A DNA stretch of 64,000 bases, taken from the NCBI GenBank assembly GCA_041918515.1, contig JAYRVO010000089.1:67921-131920 (forward strand), written 5' to 3'. Position 1 is the stretch's first letter; the number at the start of each line of letters is the position of its first letter. The DNA is from Chloroflexota bacterium (GTDB lineage Bacteria; Chloroflexota; Anaerolineae; J102). Below are positions 1-9,610 of the stretch, piece after piece. Under the pieces are notes generated by a model. The model searched no databases, was not told the DNA's origin, and saw nothing but the letters and a program-made list of their open reading frames with translations. Made by a program: the position numbers and the translations under genes.

Positions 1-83
1 ACTTACACCTGCGCGGCTAACACATCCTGGCGCAAGAAATCGGGGCCGGCCAGCGGGACTCGCTGCCGGCCCTTGCCTCTCCC

Positions 84-1403
84 GTGGAGCATCACATGCG
101 TTTCTTTTCCCGCTCGTTGGTGCTGGCTTTGCTCGGCGTCGCCGCTCTGTTGCACAGCCCCGCGGCATGGGCCCAGGCTTCTGCTTGTGATCAGGTCTAT
201 ACGGTCAAAAAAGGCGACCGCATGGCCGCACTGGCGCGCACGTTCTACGGCGGCGCCGAGGCAGGCGCCTGGATCATCGCCGCCACCAATGCCGCCGCTG
301 CATCCGACCCCAGTTTCAGCCCCCTGACCGCCGCCAAAAATCTCAAGCCTGGACAGAAATTGTGCCTTCCCAAGCCTCAAACAGTTCTGGCCGCAGACTA
401 TACGGCGTTGTTGCCAACCCAAAATGGATTGGCGCTCGTGATCACCCTGCATCTCGATGCCGATGGCAGCGCGACACTGGCCAGGCAGAACGTCGGCCAG
501 GGCATCAGCGTAGCCCGAGGAACGTGGCAAGTCGAACGCGGCAAGGTGCTGGTGAGCCTCAGCGAAGCCGATGGGACACCGTATGAGGGGGGGCTTCTCC
601 TCACCTTTGGGCGGGCGGGCAACCGTCTGACAGCAGCGCGCCAGGATCGAAGCTTCTGGCGCGCGCGGGGTGTGGTCTTGACACGGGTCGGAACGGGGGC
701 CAGTGTGCAGGCTGAGTTCGCGGGGGTTCGCTTCACCGTCGATGCGGCGCTCGTGCGCTCGGCTCAGGGCTATACCATGCCTGCCGTGCCGGCGGGGGAA
801 GGGCCAGGCTTGGGCGGCGCCGAGCCGGAACATGTCGCCTTTCTCTTCGATGGCGAAGACACGCCGCAATACTTCGATCCCTACTTGCCGCAAGTGCGCA
901 TCTATCCGACTGCCGGCCTTCGCGCCATCGATCCGGCGGTAGCCGAGCAAGTCGATGCCCTGCAACATCTCTTGAATGACCGCCCCGCCGACCTTCCCCA
1001 AACCCTGCCTGTTTTTCCGCCCTTCAACGCCGCTCAGGTTTTTCACGCTCAGGAGCGCTATCTCGACTTCCAGGGTGGATCAGGTATCCGTTTCGTCACC
1101 TACTACGCCCAAGATGTCGCCCCTATCCTGCGCGATCGCATTTTCTACACTTTTCAGGGCTTGACGAGCGATGGCCAACACTATGTCACCGTCTTTTGGC
1201 CCCTGAAGACGAAGTTGCTGCCCGCCACCGACGAGCAGGCTTTTGGCGGTAAGAGCTACGACGCCTGGGCGCAAGGCTTCGAACAATACTTGAACGATAC
1301 AGCGAGTATGCTGGATAGCCTGATGCCAGCCGGTTACACGTTCGACCTGACCCTGATCGATGGCATCGTTGCCACCCTCGCGCTCCCGGCGGATGCAAAG
1401 TAG
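84..1403 (+). CDS. Secreted LysM-domain protein (hypothetical)
   Basis: N-terminal signal peptide (LVLALLGVAALLHSPAAWA) followed by a LysM-like block (YTVKKGDRMAALARTFYG...KPGQKLCLP). The rest has no recognisable family. The opposite-strand ORF 3..1046 is regarded as spurious. Confidence 0.6.
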   Translation: MEHHMRFFSRSLVLALLGVAALLHSPAAWAQASACDQVYTVKKGDRMAALARTFYGGAEAGAWIIAATNAAAASDPSFSPLTAAKNLKPGQKLCLPKPQTVLAADYTALLPTQNGLALVITLHLDADGSATLARQNVGQGISVARGTWQVERGKVLVSLSEADGTPYEGGLLLTFGRAGNRLTAARQDRSFWRARGVVLTRVGTGASVQAEFAGVRFTVDAALVRSAQGYTMPAVPAGEGPGLGGAEPEHVAFLFDGEDTPQYFDPYLPQVRIYPTAGLRAIDPAVAEQVDALQHLLNDRPADLPQTLPVFPPFNAAQVFHAQERYLDFQGGSGIRFVTYYAQDVAPILRDRIFYTFQGLTSDGQHYVTVFWPLKTKLLPATDEQAFGGKSYDAWAQGFEQYLNDTASMLDSLMPAGYTFDLTLIDGIVATLALPADAK

Positions 1404-1408
1404 CTGTA

Positions 1409-3013
1409 TTACGGCGCTGGGCGGGCGATGTTGACCTCGACGGCCTCGTCGGTGGCAACGGCGACGGCTACCTGAGTCGTTGCCTCTGCGCCTTGGCCCA
1501 TCAGGGCGATCGTATAACTGCCGGGATCGATGTCAGCGAACAGATAACGACCATCCGCGCCCGTGTCGATAGCCCGAATCTGGACGCCGCGCGAGTTGCG
1601 CAACGTCACCTGCATGCCGGGCGACGCTTGTTCACCCGCATTGGGGACGCCGTCACCATTGCCATCCACCCACACCAGGCCATAGAGGTGGCTCTGGCCA
1701 GGGGCAGGCAAGGGGATGGGCTGGAGTGGCGGGAACAGGTCAAGCGTGGGGCTGCCGGTGACGAAGGGGCCGGAGAGAGGGGTTTCATCGCCGGGCGGAG
1801 CGACGCCGGCAGGGATGGTCGTGGTGAGCGGCGCTGTGTTCGTGATCGGGGCAGTGAGCGTGACCGTCGCGCTGGGGGTGATGGGACTGGCGGCCGTCAG
1901 GCCGGGTGCAGCGATGGCAGCAACCAACTGCTGGAGGCCCGTGACGAAGGTTTGGAAACGCCCGGCGCTTTGTTTGAGATCGGCCATCTGCGCATGCACG
2001 GCATCCACTTCGGCCCGGATGGCGGTGTTTTCTTGGGCCACTGTGGCCAGCGAATCGTCGAGGGCGCCAAGCCGTCCCTCGGTTTGAGTGATCTGCTCCT
2101 GCATTTGTTGCGCCTCGTTTTGCAGATCAGCTGCTCGTCCTTGCAGAGCATCGAGTTGTCCTGATTTGAGGTCGAAGGCCGCGCTGAGATTCGTCAAACC
2201 AGTGCGCAGTTGGTCGGCGGCGACGACGTTCTGGTCGATTTGGGTTGCCAGATCGTCATTCTGGCGTTGCAAGGTGTCGATACTGCTGGTAAGGGCGAGC
2301 ACTTTTTCATGCCGCCCCATATCGATGGCGCCATTGGCGTAGTAGAGCAGACTGAGGGCAAGAGTGGCTCCCAAGAGGGCGCTCACGATCACCAGAAGGA
2401 CATCGCGCAGGCAGCCGAGGGCGGTCGAACCTCGTCGCGTAGAGGGGGGCGCCGGGGCAACGGGCGCAGCGATGGGCGGTGTCGGAACAAGGGCGGGAGT
2501 CGGAACAGGAGCAGGGGATGGCGGCGTTTCGGCGGCAGAAGGAAGCGAGGGGGCGACAGTCGCGGGCGCACGATTCTCTGTAGCGATGGACGGCGTGCTG
2601 GCTATCGCCTCGACCGGGACCTCGTTTTCGGTCGTGGGGGCGAGGAAGCTGTCTTCGGTGGCGATTTCGAGCGTGGTGAGATCCACGGCGGCGGTCGTTG
2701 CCTCTGCCGCGGCGGTCGCCGCCGCCGTGGCGATGTTTTCGTCAAGGGTGCCGTTGACGATGGCCGCCTCGCTCTCGGTTGCGGGGGCGAGGAAGCTGTC
2801 CTCGGTGGCGATTTCGAGCGCGGTGAGTTCTTCGGAGACAGCAGAAGTGGTTGCGTTGGCGGCAGCCGCACTGCGAGCGGCGACTGCGCTGAACGCGTCC
2901 CATGTGTCGGATTCCACAGGTGGGAACGTCACCACAAATGATCCGACCATCACCTCGGTGCTGGTGGTGGAGAACCTGTCAAGCTCGGACATGGTCATGT
3001 AACCTCCCTTCAA
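1409..3013 (-). CDS. Membrane-anchored repeat protein with coiled-coil and C-terminal Cna-B/SdrD-B-like beta-sandwich domain (hypothetical)
   Basis: Tandem ~35-aa acidic repeats ([20 protein letters not shown] x2), a Pro-rich segment, one TM helix ([20 protein letters not shown]), a long coiled-coil and a C-terminus with [12 protein letters not shown]...GSYTI (Cna B-type motif). Its start overlaps the stop of the upstream dsbB-like gene by 4 bp. Confidence 0.55.
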   Translation of the reverse strand: MKGGYMTMSELDRFSTTSTEVMVGSFVVTFPPVESDTWDAFSAVAARSAAAANATTSAVSEELTALEIATEDSFLAPATESEAAIVNGTLDENIATAAATAAAEATTAAVDLTTLEIATEDSFLAPTTENEVPVEAIASTPSIATENRAPATVAPSLPSAAETPPSPAPVPTPALVPTPPIAAPVAPAPPSTRRGSTALGCLRDVLLVIVSALLGATLALSLLYYANGAIDMGRHEKVLALTSSIDTLQRQNDDLATQIDQNVVAADQLRTGLTNLSAAFDLKSGQLDALQGRAADLQNEAQQMQEQITQTEGRLGALDDSLATVAQENTAIRAEVDAVHAQMADLKQSAGRFQTFVTGLQQLVAAIAAPGLTAASPITPSATVTLTAPITNTAPLTTTIPAGVAPPGDETPLSGPFVTGSPTLDLFPPLQPIPLPAPGQSHLYGLVWVDGNGDGVPNAGEQASPGMQVTLRNSRGVQIRAIDTGADGRYLFADIDPGSYTIALMGQGAEATTQVAVAVATDEAVEVNIARPAP

Positions 3014-3456
3014 GCTTCCAATTCCTCACTCTCTGTCCCCCTTTCGCTGAGGAACCATAGCATCATGATAGTGATGATGATAAAGGCGGTGAGGGCCAGG
3101 AATGGGATAGTGATAAAGCCCAACCAGTTGATGTAGTCGATGTTGCAGGGGACGCCGCCGGTGCACACGCCACCTTCGGGGAAGAGGTTCGTTTTCTGAA
3201 GAAGATAGTGATAGGTCGAAACGCATATGCCGATCAACGAGAAAGGCAGGACGTAGTAGGGCGTATCGTCAGCGCGACGCAGGACGGCCACCAACAAGAT
3301 GATGGTCAGCGGGTACATCAGGATGCGCTGATACCAGCACAGTTTGCAGGGTGTGAACCCGGCGATTTCACTGAAATAGAGGCTGCCCAGCATGGCAATC
3401 CAGGCGGCCAGCAGGGCGATGAGGGTCGCATACGGCAGAGTGCGGCGTTTGGACAT
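3010..3456 (-). CDS. Disulfide bond formation protein B (BdbC/DsbB family)
   Basis: Four TM helices and a CxxC pair ([12 protein letters not shown]) with a second Cys pair (CTGGVPC), typical of Gram-positive-type BdbC/DsbB. Confidence 0.8.
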   Translation of the reverse strand: MSKRRTLPYATLIALLAAWIAMLGSLYFSEIAGFTPCKLCWYQRILMYPLTIILLVAVLRRADDTPYYVLPFSLIGICVSTYHYLLQKTNLFPEGGVCTGGVPCNIDYINWLGFITIPFLALTAFIIITIMMLWFLSERGTESEELEA

Positions 3457-3493
3457 GATTCGGTGGCTAACAAGGGCGCAGCGAGAGGGCGGT

Positions 3494-3979
3494 TCAAACA
3501 GATCGAGGCTCGGCGACGACCAGCGCGCGGGTTTCGGCGCCTGTCAAGATATCGATCACATAGTCTTGCTCGGTGGCGGGGACGTCTTCCCAGCGTTTTC
3601 CCCCTCGCAGCAATTGGCTGACAGGATCGAAACCCCAATGGTAGGCTGCGAGCAACCAATGGTCGCCGCGGACATTCAGTTGGGCTGCCAGACGTTGTCG
3701 CAGATCCCGTAGATAGGACGCGGCCAGGCGAATGTTACTCTCTGCATCGAAGGGATCGTATACCTTGAGCTTGGGCGCCCATTCGCCCCACACCGCAGGC
3801 GGGACCTGCATGAGTCCGAGTTGGCGGTTGTTGCCCACGGCGAACGCATTCCATTGACTCTCGCTCCAACCTTGTTCGGCCAGTTGGTGTTTGTCCAGGC
3901 CATATTCGGCGGCGACTTTGGCGAAGATAGACAGAGCTTCATTGGCTTCCATAACGGAATTATACATCCCGCGTTCCAC
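3494..3979 (-). CDS. Lytic transglycosylase (SLT domain)
   Basis: SLT motifs: ES...GLMQV...AAYHWG (AYN.G-like). Size and layout fit a soluble lytic murein transglycosylase domain. Confidence 0.7.
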   Translation of the reverse strand: MERGMYNSVMEANEALSIFAKVAAEYGLDKHQLAEQGWSESQWNAFAVGNNRQLGLMQVPPAVWGEWAPKLKVYDPFDAESNIRLAASYLRDLRQRLAAQLNVRGDHWLLAAYHWGFDPVSQLLRGGKRWEDVPATEQDYVIDILTGAETRALVVAEPRSV

Positions 3980-4177
3980 AGGTCATAGCTTGATCACCTG
4001 AATGATGTTGGCGATAGGATTGCGCGAGGCATCCACCTTGACGAAACCGATGTTCAGCCGCCTTCACATCCATCAGAAAATCGCCCGCGGCCACCGTGTT
4101 CATCAGCACTTCCCTACTCTTTGAGGGCTGATCCTTACGGTTGCAACCCCCGAATACCATTATACTTACCAAAGAAA

Positions 4178-4250
4178 TGATGCTCAGCCCTGAAACGTGA
4201 AGCAGCCTGCCCTGAGTGCGTTGTACTCAACGCCGTCGAAGGGTGATGCG
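4178..4250. repeat. Partial copy (C) of dispersed MITE-like repeat
   Basis: ...gctcagccctgaaacgtgaagcagcctgccctgagtgcg...gtcgaaggg matches the 3' part of the copy at 36982..37126 (ccagtgaagagcctgccctgagcgcagtcgaagggg), with an internal deletion and a 14-bp insertion. Confidence 0.55.
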
Positions 4251-4312
4251 TGATGCGTGAAACGTGAGAAAACGTCGACAATTTTCACGCATCACGTTTC
4301 ACGTTTTACGAC
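4241..4312. promoter_or_regulatory. Imperfect palindrome / repeated CGTGAAACGTGA motifs centred on GTCGAC upstream of ldt gene
   Basis: gtgatgcgtgatgcgtgaaacgtgag...gtcgac...ttcacgcatcacgtttcacg: the two arms are reverse complements (cgtgaaacgtgatgcgtgaa). It sits just 5' of the L,D-transpeptidase start. Confidence 0.4.
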
Positions 4313-4349
4313 CTTCATAACAAATCAACACCCCCCGAGGTTTCCCCCC

Positions 4350-6143
4350 ATGCCTGCCACCGCCCGCCTGCTGACCATTCCTGGCCGCCAAGCCAACAGC
4401 GTCCAGTTTCGCCTGGCCTTCGCCGCCCCCCAGCCCGATAGCGTAGCCGCCTGTGCACCCGCCCGACTCGCTTTCGGCGACGGCCAGCATAGCGATCTCG
4501 GCATCCTCTGCACCCCCACCGTCTTCACCTGGCAAACCGGGCATCATCTCGACCTGATGTCCCACACCTATCCCAGCCCCGGCCCCTACACCGCCCGCCT
4601 GACCTGGGGCGACCTTACGCTAGAAACCACCGCTCTCTCCATTCCCAGCGCGCCCATCACCCTGGTTGCCTCCGCTCACGTCACGCACTTCACCGTCGCA
4701 CCCATCGCGCCGCTGGAAATGGAGGCGCGGCTGCACGTGACCGATCTGGCCGTGGATCAGCGCTTGCGGCTCGATGGCGGCGCCGGCCAAATTCATGAAC
4801 TGGCCGGCAGCTCTGGCCCCGACCAGGAAGCCATCTGGACCCTTGCCTATCCCAAACCAGCCTCCTACCCCCTGACCATCGCCCTTTTGGATGCTGACGG
4901 CTTCTGGGTGGCCGATCTGTCCCAAGCCACAGTCGAAATCGCTGAACCTATCGCTCCGCCTCCCACCCTGCGCGAGGCCCTGGTCGCACCGGCCGCTATC
5001 TCCCCACTACCCGAAGTCGCGACTGCGGCTGCCGATCCCTGGCTGCCCTATCGCTATGCCTACCCCCTCTGGGCTTGGGCCCGCACCTACACGACGCCCG
5101 GTGGGACGACTATCTCGCGCGGCCTGGCGCCGGGCACTTACTTGGGCATCGACGCCGAAACCTGGGCCGGAGGTGCCTTGTGGTATCGCACCCTGGGCCG
5201 CGACTGGATACCGGCCTCATCGGTTAGCTTCTTCCGCCCCTCCACCCTGCGCGGGGCCGAACTGGCCGGCGCGCCTCCACCGCCTCCGCCGCCAGCCGAG
5301 CGCCGGGGCGTCGTCACCGCCGACCGCCTGAATGTGCGCGCCCGGCCCGGCGTCGCCGCCAACAACCCGCCCATCGACTCGCTACTGCGCAACGCTGAGG
5401 TCGTCATCTACGAAGAGACTCGCGTCAGCGACGGCCTGTGGTATCGGATCGGCGTCAATCGCTGGGTGCACAGCCAATGGGTGCGGGTGCTGCCAGCCAC
5501 TGCGGCCAGCGCCGAAATTGCCGCTGGCGTCTCGCTGCCGGTGGGATGGGTCTTTGCCGATTCACTCTCGGTGCGCGCTCGCCCTGGCGCCACCGCCGAC
5601 AATCCCCCCATCGACCAACTGCTCCACAACCAGATGGTCAGCGTACTTGAGTCCCGCGCCGCCGGCAGCGAAACCTGGCATCGCATTGGCCCCGACCGCT
5701 GGGTCAGCGGCCAATGGCTGCGCGTCGCCCGCGCCAAACCCCGCCCCGCCAGCATCGGCGCTGCCGAGCGTTGGGTGGGCGTCAGCCTGCGCGACCAGAC
5801 CGCCATCGCCTACGCCGGCGATCAGCCCGTCTATGCCGCCATGATCGCCTCTGGCCTGCCCGGAACCCCAACCGTCCAGGGCATATTCCGCACCTGGGCG
5901 CGACTGCCCTCCACCAAGATGTCAGGCGGTCAGCCTGGTCAAGGCTATTACTACCTCGAAGGCGTCACCTGGACATGCTACTTCTACGGCGGCTACGCCC
6001 TGCACACCGCCTACTGGCACGACGCCTTCGGCACGCAGCGCAGCCACGGCTGTGTGAACCTCAGCCCCTACGACGCCTGGTGGATCTTCCAATGGAGCGC
6101 CGCGGGCGGGGGAAATAGTCCGGCGGTGTATGTATATTGGTAA
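4350..6143 (+). CDS. L,D-transpeptidase (YkuD) with two SH3b-like domains
   Basis: C-terminal YkuD catalytic motif (...YAGDQPVYAAMIASGLPGTPTVQGIF...SHGCVNL). Two SH3b-like repeats (GVVTADRLNVRARPG...WYRIG and ADSLSVRARPG...WHRIG). The start codon is uncertain: the ORF is open from 4257 and the first plausible start is ATG 4350. Confidence 0.75.
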   Translation: MPATARLLTIPGRQANSVQFRLAFAAPQPDSVAACAPARLAFGDGQHSDLGILCTPTVFTWQTGHHLDLMSHTYPSPGPYTARLTWGDLTLETTALSIPSAPITLVASAHVTHFTVAPIAPLEMEARLHVTDLAVDQRLRLDGGAGQIHELAGSSGPDQEAIWTLAYPKPASYPLTIALLDADGFWVADLSQATVEIAEPIAPPPTLREALVAPAAISPLPEVATAAADPWLPYRYAYPLWAWARTYTTPGGTTISRGLAPGTYLGIDAETWAGGALWYRTLGRDWIPASSVSFFRPSTLRGAELAGAPPPPPPPAERRGVVTADRLNVRARPGVAANNPPIDSLLRNAEVVIYEETRVSDGLWYRIGVNRWVHSQWVRVLPATAASAEIAAGVSLPVGWVFADSLSVRARPGATADNPPIDQLLHNQMVSVLESRAAGSETWHRIGPDRWVSGQWLRVARAKPRPASIGAAERWVGVSLRDQTAIAYAGDQPVYAAMIASGLPGTPTVQGIFRTWARLPSTKMSGGQPGQGYYYLEGVTWTCYFYGGYALHTAYWHDAFGTQRSHGCVNLSPYDAWWIFQWSAAGGGNSPAVYVYW

Positions 6144-6168
6144 TTGGTTATTAGGTATTGGTTATTGG
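6135..6168. repeat. Heptamer tract (ATTGGNN)x5 immediately after ldt stop
   Basis: tattggtaattggttattaggtattggttattgg is an inverted partner of the tract at 6547..6593. Confidence 0.7.
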
Positions 6169-6225
6169 CAGGGCTTTCCAGTTCTCATATCAGGCTGAGT
6201 TGTATAGCACACCAACACTGATTAT

Positions 6226-6499
6226 GTCATGCTGAGTGACCCATGCCTGGTGGCGGCATGTCGCCCGAGCAAGAAACTCTTGATGTGTCATGCTGAACGG
6301 GCCGATCACACAAAGTTGTTGCAGCGATCAGCCAGTGAAGCATCCATTCGCTGCGCTCAGGACAGGTTCTCGCCCGGGTTATATGTGGCCCATGAATTGG
6401 GCGATTTCTTCGCAATAGTCCTTGATCATGACGCGCGAGATGCTTCGCTGGTGTTGTTTTCATCATGTGGTTGTCCGATTGACCCGCTCAGCATGACAC
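6226..6499. mobile_element. MITE-like nonautonomous element with ~17-bp terminal inverted repeats (copy A)
   Basis: The left end GTCATGCTGAGTGACCC (6226-6242) and the right end gacccgctcagcatgac (6481-6497) are reverse complements. An internal partial TIR (gtcatgctgaacggg) is present. The first ~150 bp are ~80% identical to 36982..37126, and the two copies differ by a frameshifting indel, so the overlapping ORF 6229..6561 is not conserved coding. Confidence 0.6.
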
Positions 6500-6546
6500 A
6501 CTATCGGGAGATATTCCTTTATCAAATGAGAAACGGAAAGCCCTGG

Positions 6547-6593
6547 GTTATTGGTTATTAAGCGCTATAATTACCAATAACCAATTACCAATA
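6547..6593. repeat. Palindromic heptamer tract (CCAATNN/ATTGGNN) downstream of MFS gene stop
   Basis: gttattggttattaagcgctataattaccaataaccaattaccaata is self-complementary and is the reverse complement of the 6135..6168 motif. Confidence 0.7.
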
Positions 6594-6598
6594 CCCCC

Positions 6599-7801
6599 CT
6601 ACTCCTTCACCCTCACCAAAAACCCCACCGCCGCCGCCATGAGGAGGGCGGCGCTGAGCCACATCACGGCGTAGTTCTGGCCCGACGCGTCCAGCAGCCA
6701 ACCCACCACCTGCGGCCCGACGATGGCGGCGACGGCTGTCACTGTGTAATAGAGGCCGGTGAACAACCCGGCGCTGCCTTCGCCGCCAACTGCGTACAAC
6801 ATGGGAAAAAGATTGATGATGATCATGGCCCAGGCTGCACCAGCCGGCGTCAACAAGATCATGACCAGGAGAGGAGTGCGCACGAAGACTCCAGCAGCGA
6901 AAATCATCGCCAAGACCGCCATCCCCAGCCCCACCGCCCGCTTGTGCCCCAGCCGCGCCCCGGCGAAACCGCTGGGGATGGCGCCTAGCAAGAGGGCGGC
7001 AGCGAAGACGGCCAGGAGGAGGGGCACGCGTCCGGCATCCAAACCCAGCACGAACGTTGCGAATGAGCTGATCCAGGTTTCCAGGATGCCATAGGCGCTA
7101 AAAGCGCACAATATCGCCAACAGGAGCAAGGCCGCTGGTTGCTCCTGCCCGCCGCGCACGGCAGCGCCGAACATGACAATCAGTCGCCGCCAGACCGTGG
7201 CCGCGCCTTCTCCTGCGTGCGTCTCCCATTCCCGCCGCTCGCGCACTGCCAACAAGAAGATCAAGGACCCGCCCAGCATCAGCAGCCCGCCCAGCCAGAA
7301 CGGCAGCGCCGGGTTGCGGCGATAGGCCCAGCCGCTGCCCACCAGCGCCGCCACCGCGCCCAACCCGCCCACCAGGTTGATGACACCGTTGGCTTTGCTG
7401 CGGTCGGCGGGAGCAAAAAGATCGGCCAACAGGGCCAGCCCCGGCGCCCGCATCAGCATCATGGCCAGATTGTGAACAGCCAGGATGAACACCAGGGTCG
7501 GCAAAGCGGGAACGACTGGGATCAAAAGAAAGCCGACGATGGCAGGCGGCGCTCCCGCCAACAGCCAGGGCTTACGTCGCCCCAACCGGTTCCAGGTGCG
7601 ATCCGAGGCCGCCCCAGCCCAGGCCGGCACTGCCAACTGCAAATAGTTGTCCAGCGTCATGATGGCGCCCACCCAGCTCGCGCTCAGCCCGAAACCATGC
7701 AGCAACAAGGGCACATAGGTATTGTAGATCGGCCCCAGCACAGTGATGCCGAAGAAACCCAGCCCCAGCACGAAGCCATAAGTCCACGGATAGCGGCTCA
7801 T
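6599..7801 (-). CDS. MFS transporter
   Basis: ~12 predicted TM helices with two 6-TM halves. A G-rich loop motif (RxGRRKPW) lies between TM2 and TM3, typical of the major facilitator superfamily. Confidence 0.75.
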   Translation of the reverse strand: MSRYPWTYGFVLGLGFFGITVLGPIYNTYVPLLLHGFGLSASWVGAIMTLDNYLQLAVPAWAGAASDRTWNRLGRRKPWLLAGAPPAIVGFLLIPVVPALPTLVFILAVHNLAMMLMRAPGLALLADLFAPADRSKANGVINLVGGLGAVAALVGSGWAYRRNPALPFWLGGLLMLGGSLIFLLAVRERREWETHAGEGAATVWRRLIVMFGAAVRGGQEQPAALLLLAILCAFSAYGILETWISSFATFVLGLDAGRVPLLLAVFAAALLLGAIPSGFAGARLGHKRAVGLGMAVLAMIFAAGVFVRTPLLVMILLTPAGAAWAMIIINLFPMLYAVGGEGSAGLFTGLYYTVTAVAAIVGPQVVGWLLDASGQNYAVMWLSAALLMAAAVGFLVRVKE

Positions 7802-7804
7802 GAG

Positions 7805-8986
7805 CTAGGCCACATGACACAACAAACCTTTCAGGTATGCCCCTTCCGGGAACGTCAACAGGACGGGGTGGTCGGCGCCTTGTGAAAAATGACGGATGAT
7901 GCGCACCTCGCGCCCGGCGTCCAGCGCCGCGCCGAACACGATCTTCTGGAACAGGTCGCGGTCGATCAAGCCGGAGCAAGAAAACGTCGCCAAGAGGCCG
8001 CCGGGGCGAAGTAGACGCAGGGCCAGCCAATTGATGTCCTTGTAACCGCGGGCGGCGCGGTCGATCTGCGCCTGTGTGACGGCGAACTTGGGCGGATCGA
8101 GGATGATGACATCGAACTGCTTGCCTTCGTCTCGCCAGCGTCGCAATTGCGCGAAAACATCGGCCTCGATGTTGATCCAATCGCCGGCCGGACAACCATT
8201 CAAGGCAAAATTGCGGGCCGCCAGCGCCAACGCCTCGGCGCTGCTATCGACATTCGTGACGTGCCTGGCCCCTGCCGCCAACGCCCAAACCGCAAAGGCG
8301 CCTGTGTAACTAAAGGCATTCAAAACCTCGGCCTGGGCGCAGTAAGGCGCCAACGCCGCCCGATTCTCAGCCTGGTCGAGATAGAAGCCCGTCTTCTGGC
8401 CCGCGCTCAGATTCACATAAAAATGCTGGCTGCGCTCCGTGATGACCACCGGCTCGATGGGCAACTCACCCCAAAGCACACCCTCCACCGGCGCCAAACC
8501 TTCTTTCTGCCGCATGGGGTCGTCCCGCTCGCTGATGCTGGCCGGGTGTAGCAATTCGACCAGGTGGGTCACTGTCTGGGACTTGCGCGCCTCGGCGCCG
8601 GCCGTCAGGGTCTGCAACACCAGGTGGGGGCCGTACTGATCCACGATCAAGCCAGGGAGGCCGTCGCTTTCGGCAAAGACCAGGCGCAACGCGGTGCGGT
8701 CGGGCAACAGCTGCCGGCGCCGGGCAATGCTGGCAGCCAATCGCCCCCACCAAAAACTTTCGTCCACCTGCCGCCCCGCTTCCCAACAAAATACCCTCGC
8801 CCGAATCTGCGATTGGGGATTGAATTCGGCCATCGCCAGCCATGAACCATCCGCCGCCAACACATCCACCACTGCGCCCGGCCCCGGCTGCCCCTCGACG
8901 CGGGCAATCGCCCCGGCAAAAATCCAGGGATGACGCTGACGCACGGGCTTTTCTTTGCCTGGTCGCAGCACGATCCGGTCTCGCAT
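7805..8986 (-). CDS. rlmI: 23S rRNA (cytosine-C5) methyltransferase RlmI-like (PUA + class I SAM MTase)
   Basis: N-terminus MRDRIVLRPGKEKPVRQRHPWIF matches the RlmI/YccW start. The SAM-binding fold is marked by VLNAFSYTGAF...DPPKF. The start is moved to the internal ATG at 8986; the ORF is open to 9013. Confidence 0.8.
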   Translation of the reverse strand: MRDRIVLRPGKEKPVRQRHPWIFAGAIARVEGQPGPGAVVDVLAADGSWLAMAEFNPQSQIRARVFCWEAGRQVDESFWWGRLAASIARRRQLLPDRTALRLVFAESDGLPGLIVDQYGPHLVLQTLTAGAEARKSQTVTHLVELLHPASISERDDPMRQKEGLAPVEGVLWGELPIEPVVITERSQHFYVNLSAGQKTGFYLDQAENRAALAPYCAQAEVLNAFSYTGAFAVWALAAGARHVTNVDSSAEALALAARNFALNGCPAGDWINIEADVFAQLRRWRDEGKQFDVIILDPPKFAVTQAQIDRAARGYKDINWLALRLLRPGGLLATFSCSGLIDRDLFQKIVFGAALDAGREVRIIRHFSQGADHPVLLTFPEGAYLKGLLCHVA

Positions 8987-9290
8987 CTGGCTCCTCACTG
9001 CTCCCACCCCCACTCGTCGATGCGCACCCGGCGCGCTTCCTCACCCTCGCCGATGCGAATCTCCAGCGCCTGGCTATCGAAACGGAAAGGACGCCAGACG
9101 TCTGCTATCTTGACCATCCCCGCCACGGTTGTGGCGTCGCGCTCGCCAATGCGCAGGACATAAGGTTGGGGATATTGGTTACGCGCCCAGAGAATGAGGG
9201 GTTTCATGATGACAATTTCGTCATGTTCGACTTCGGACCATCCAATTTCGGTTGAGGACTACGTCTGATTATAGGCTCGAACAGGAGTTA

Positions 9291-9402
9291 GGCGCAACGA
9301 AACCAGGCTGGCATGTTTGGGGAACAAAAAAATCCCCGAATCCCCAAATCCCCGCAGACAAGATGGGGCGCAACGAAACAAGTCCGGTGTGTTTGGGGAA
9401 CT
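9291..9402. promoter_or_regulatory. Two ~36-bp direct repeats plus AATCCCC triplet in divergent intergenic region
   Basis: ggcgcaacgaaaccaggctggcatgtttggggaaca (9291-9326) and ggcgcaacgaaacaagtccggtgtgtttggggaact (9367-9402) flank aaatccccgaatccccaaatcccc, which can pair with the tttgggga segments. Confidence 0.5.
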
Positions 9403-9416
9403 GGTTGCCAGACTCC

Positions 9417-9444
9417 TTGACCCATCTCACAAGTCTGTTAGAAT
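9417..9444 (+). promoter_or_regulatory. Sigma70-like promoter (TTGACC-16-TAGAAT) for the large secreted gene
   Basis: Near-consensus -35 and -10 hexamers ~165 nt upstream of ATG 9611. The RBS GGAGG is at 9598-9602. Confidence 0.45.
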
Positions 9445-9610
9445 TTAGTTGTTCGAGTCCCCCACACCAATGGGGGCAGGCGTCTGTCAACGATTGGGTT
9501 TCCGGCAGGCGGTGAGAACCAACATATATCTCCCCTGGGGGTTCCACCGTCCATCTGTCCAGCACCTTGCCCCGCAAGTCCACACACTTTCTTTTTTCGG
9601 AGGTAGATTC

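Noticed and set aside
3-1046. 347-aa minus-strand ORF overlapping the LysM gene
   Set aside because: Antisense to a gene with signal peptide and LysM domain. The composition is Arg/Gly-rich with no domains, a typical GC-rich shadow ORF.
6229-6561. 110-aa ORF inside the MITE-like element
   Set aside because: The homologous copy at 36982 carries a 1-bp indel that destroys the frame, so the sequence is conserved as DNA and not as protein. It is bounded by TIRs.
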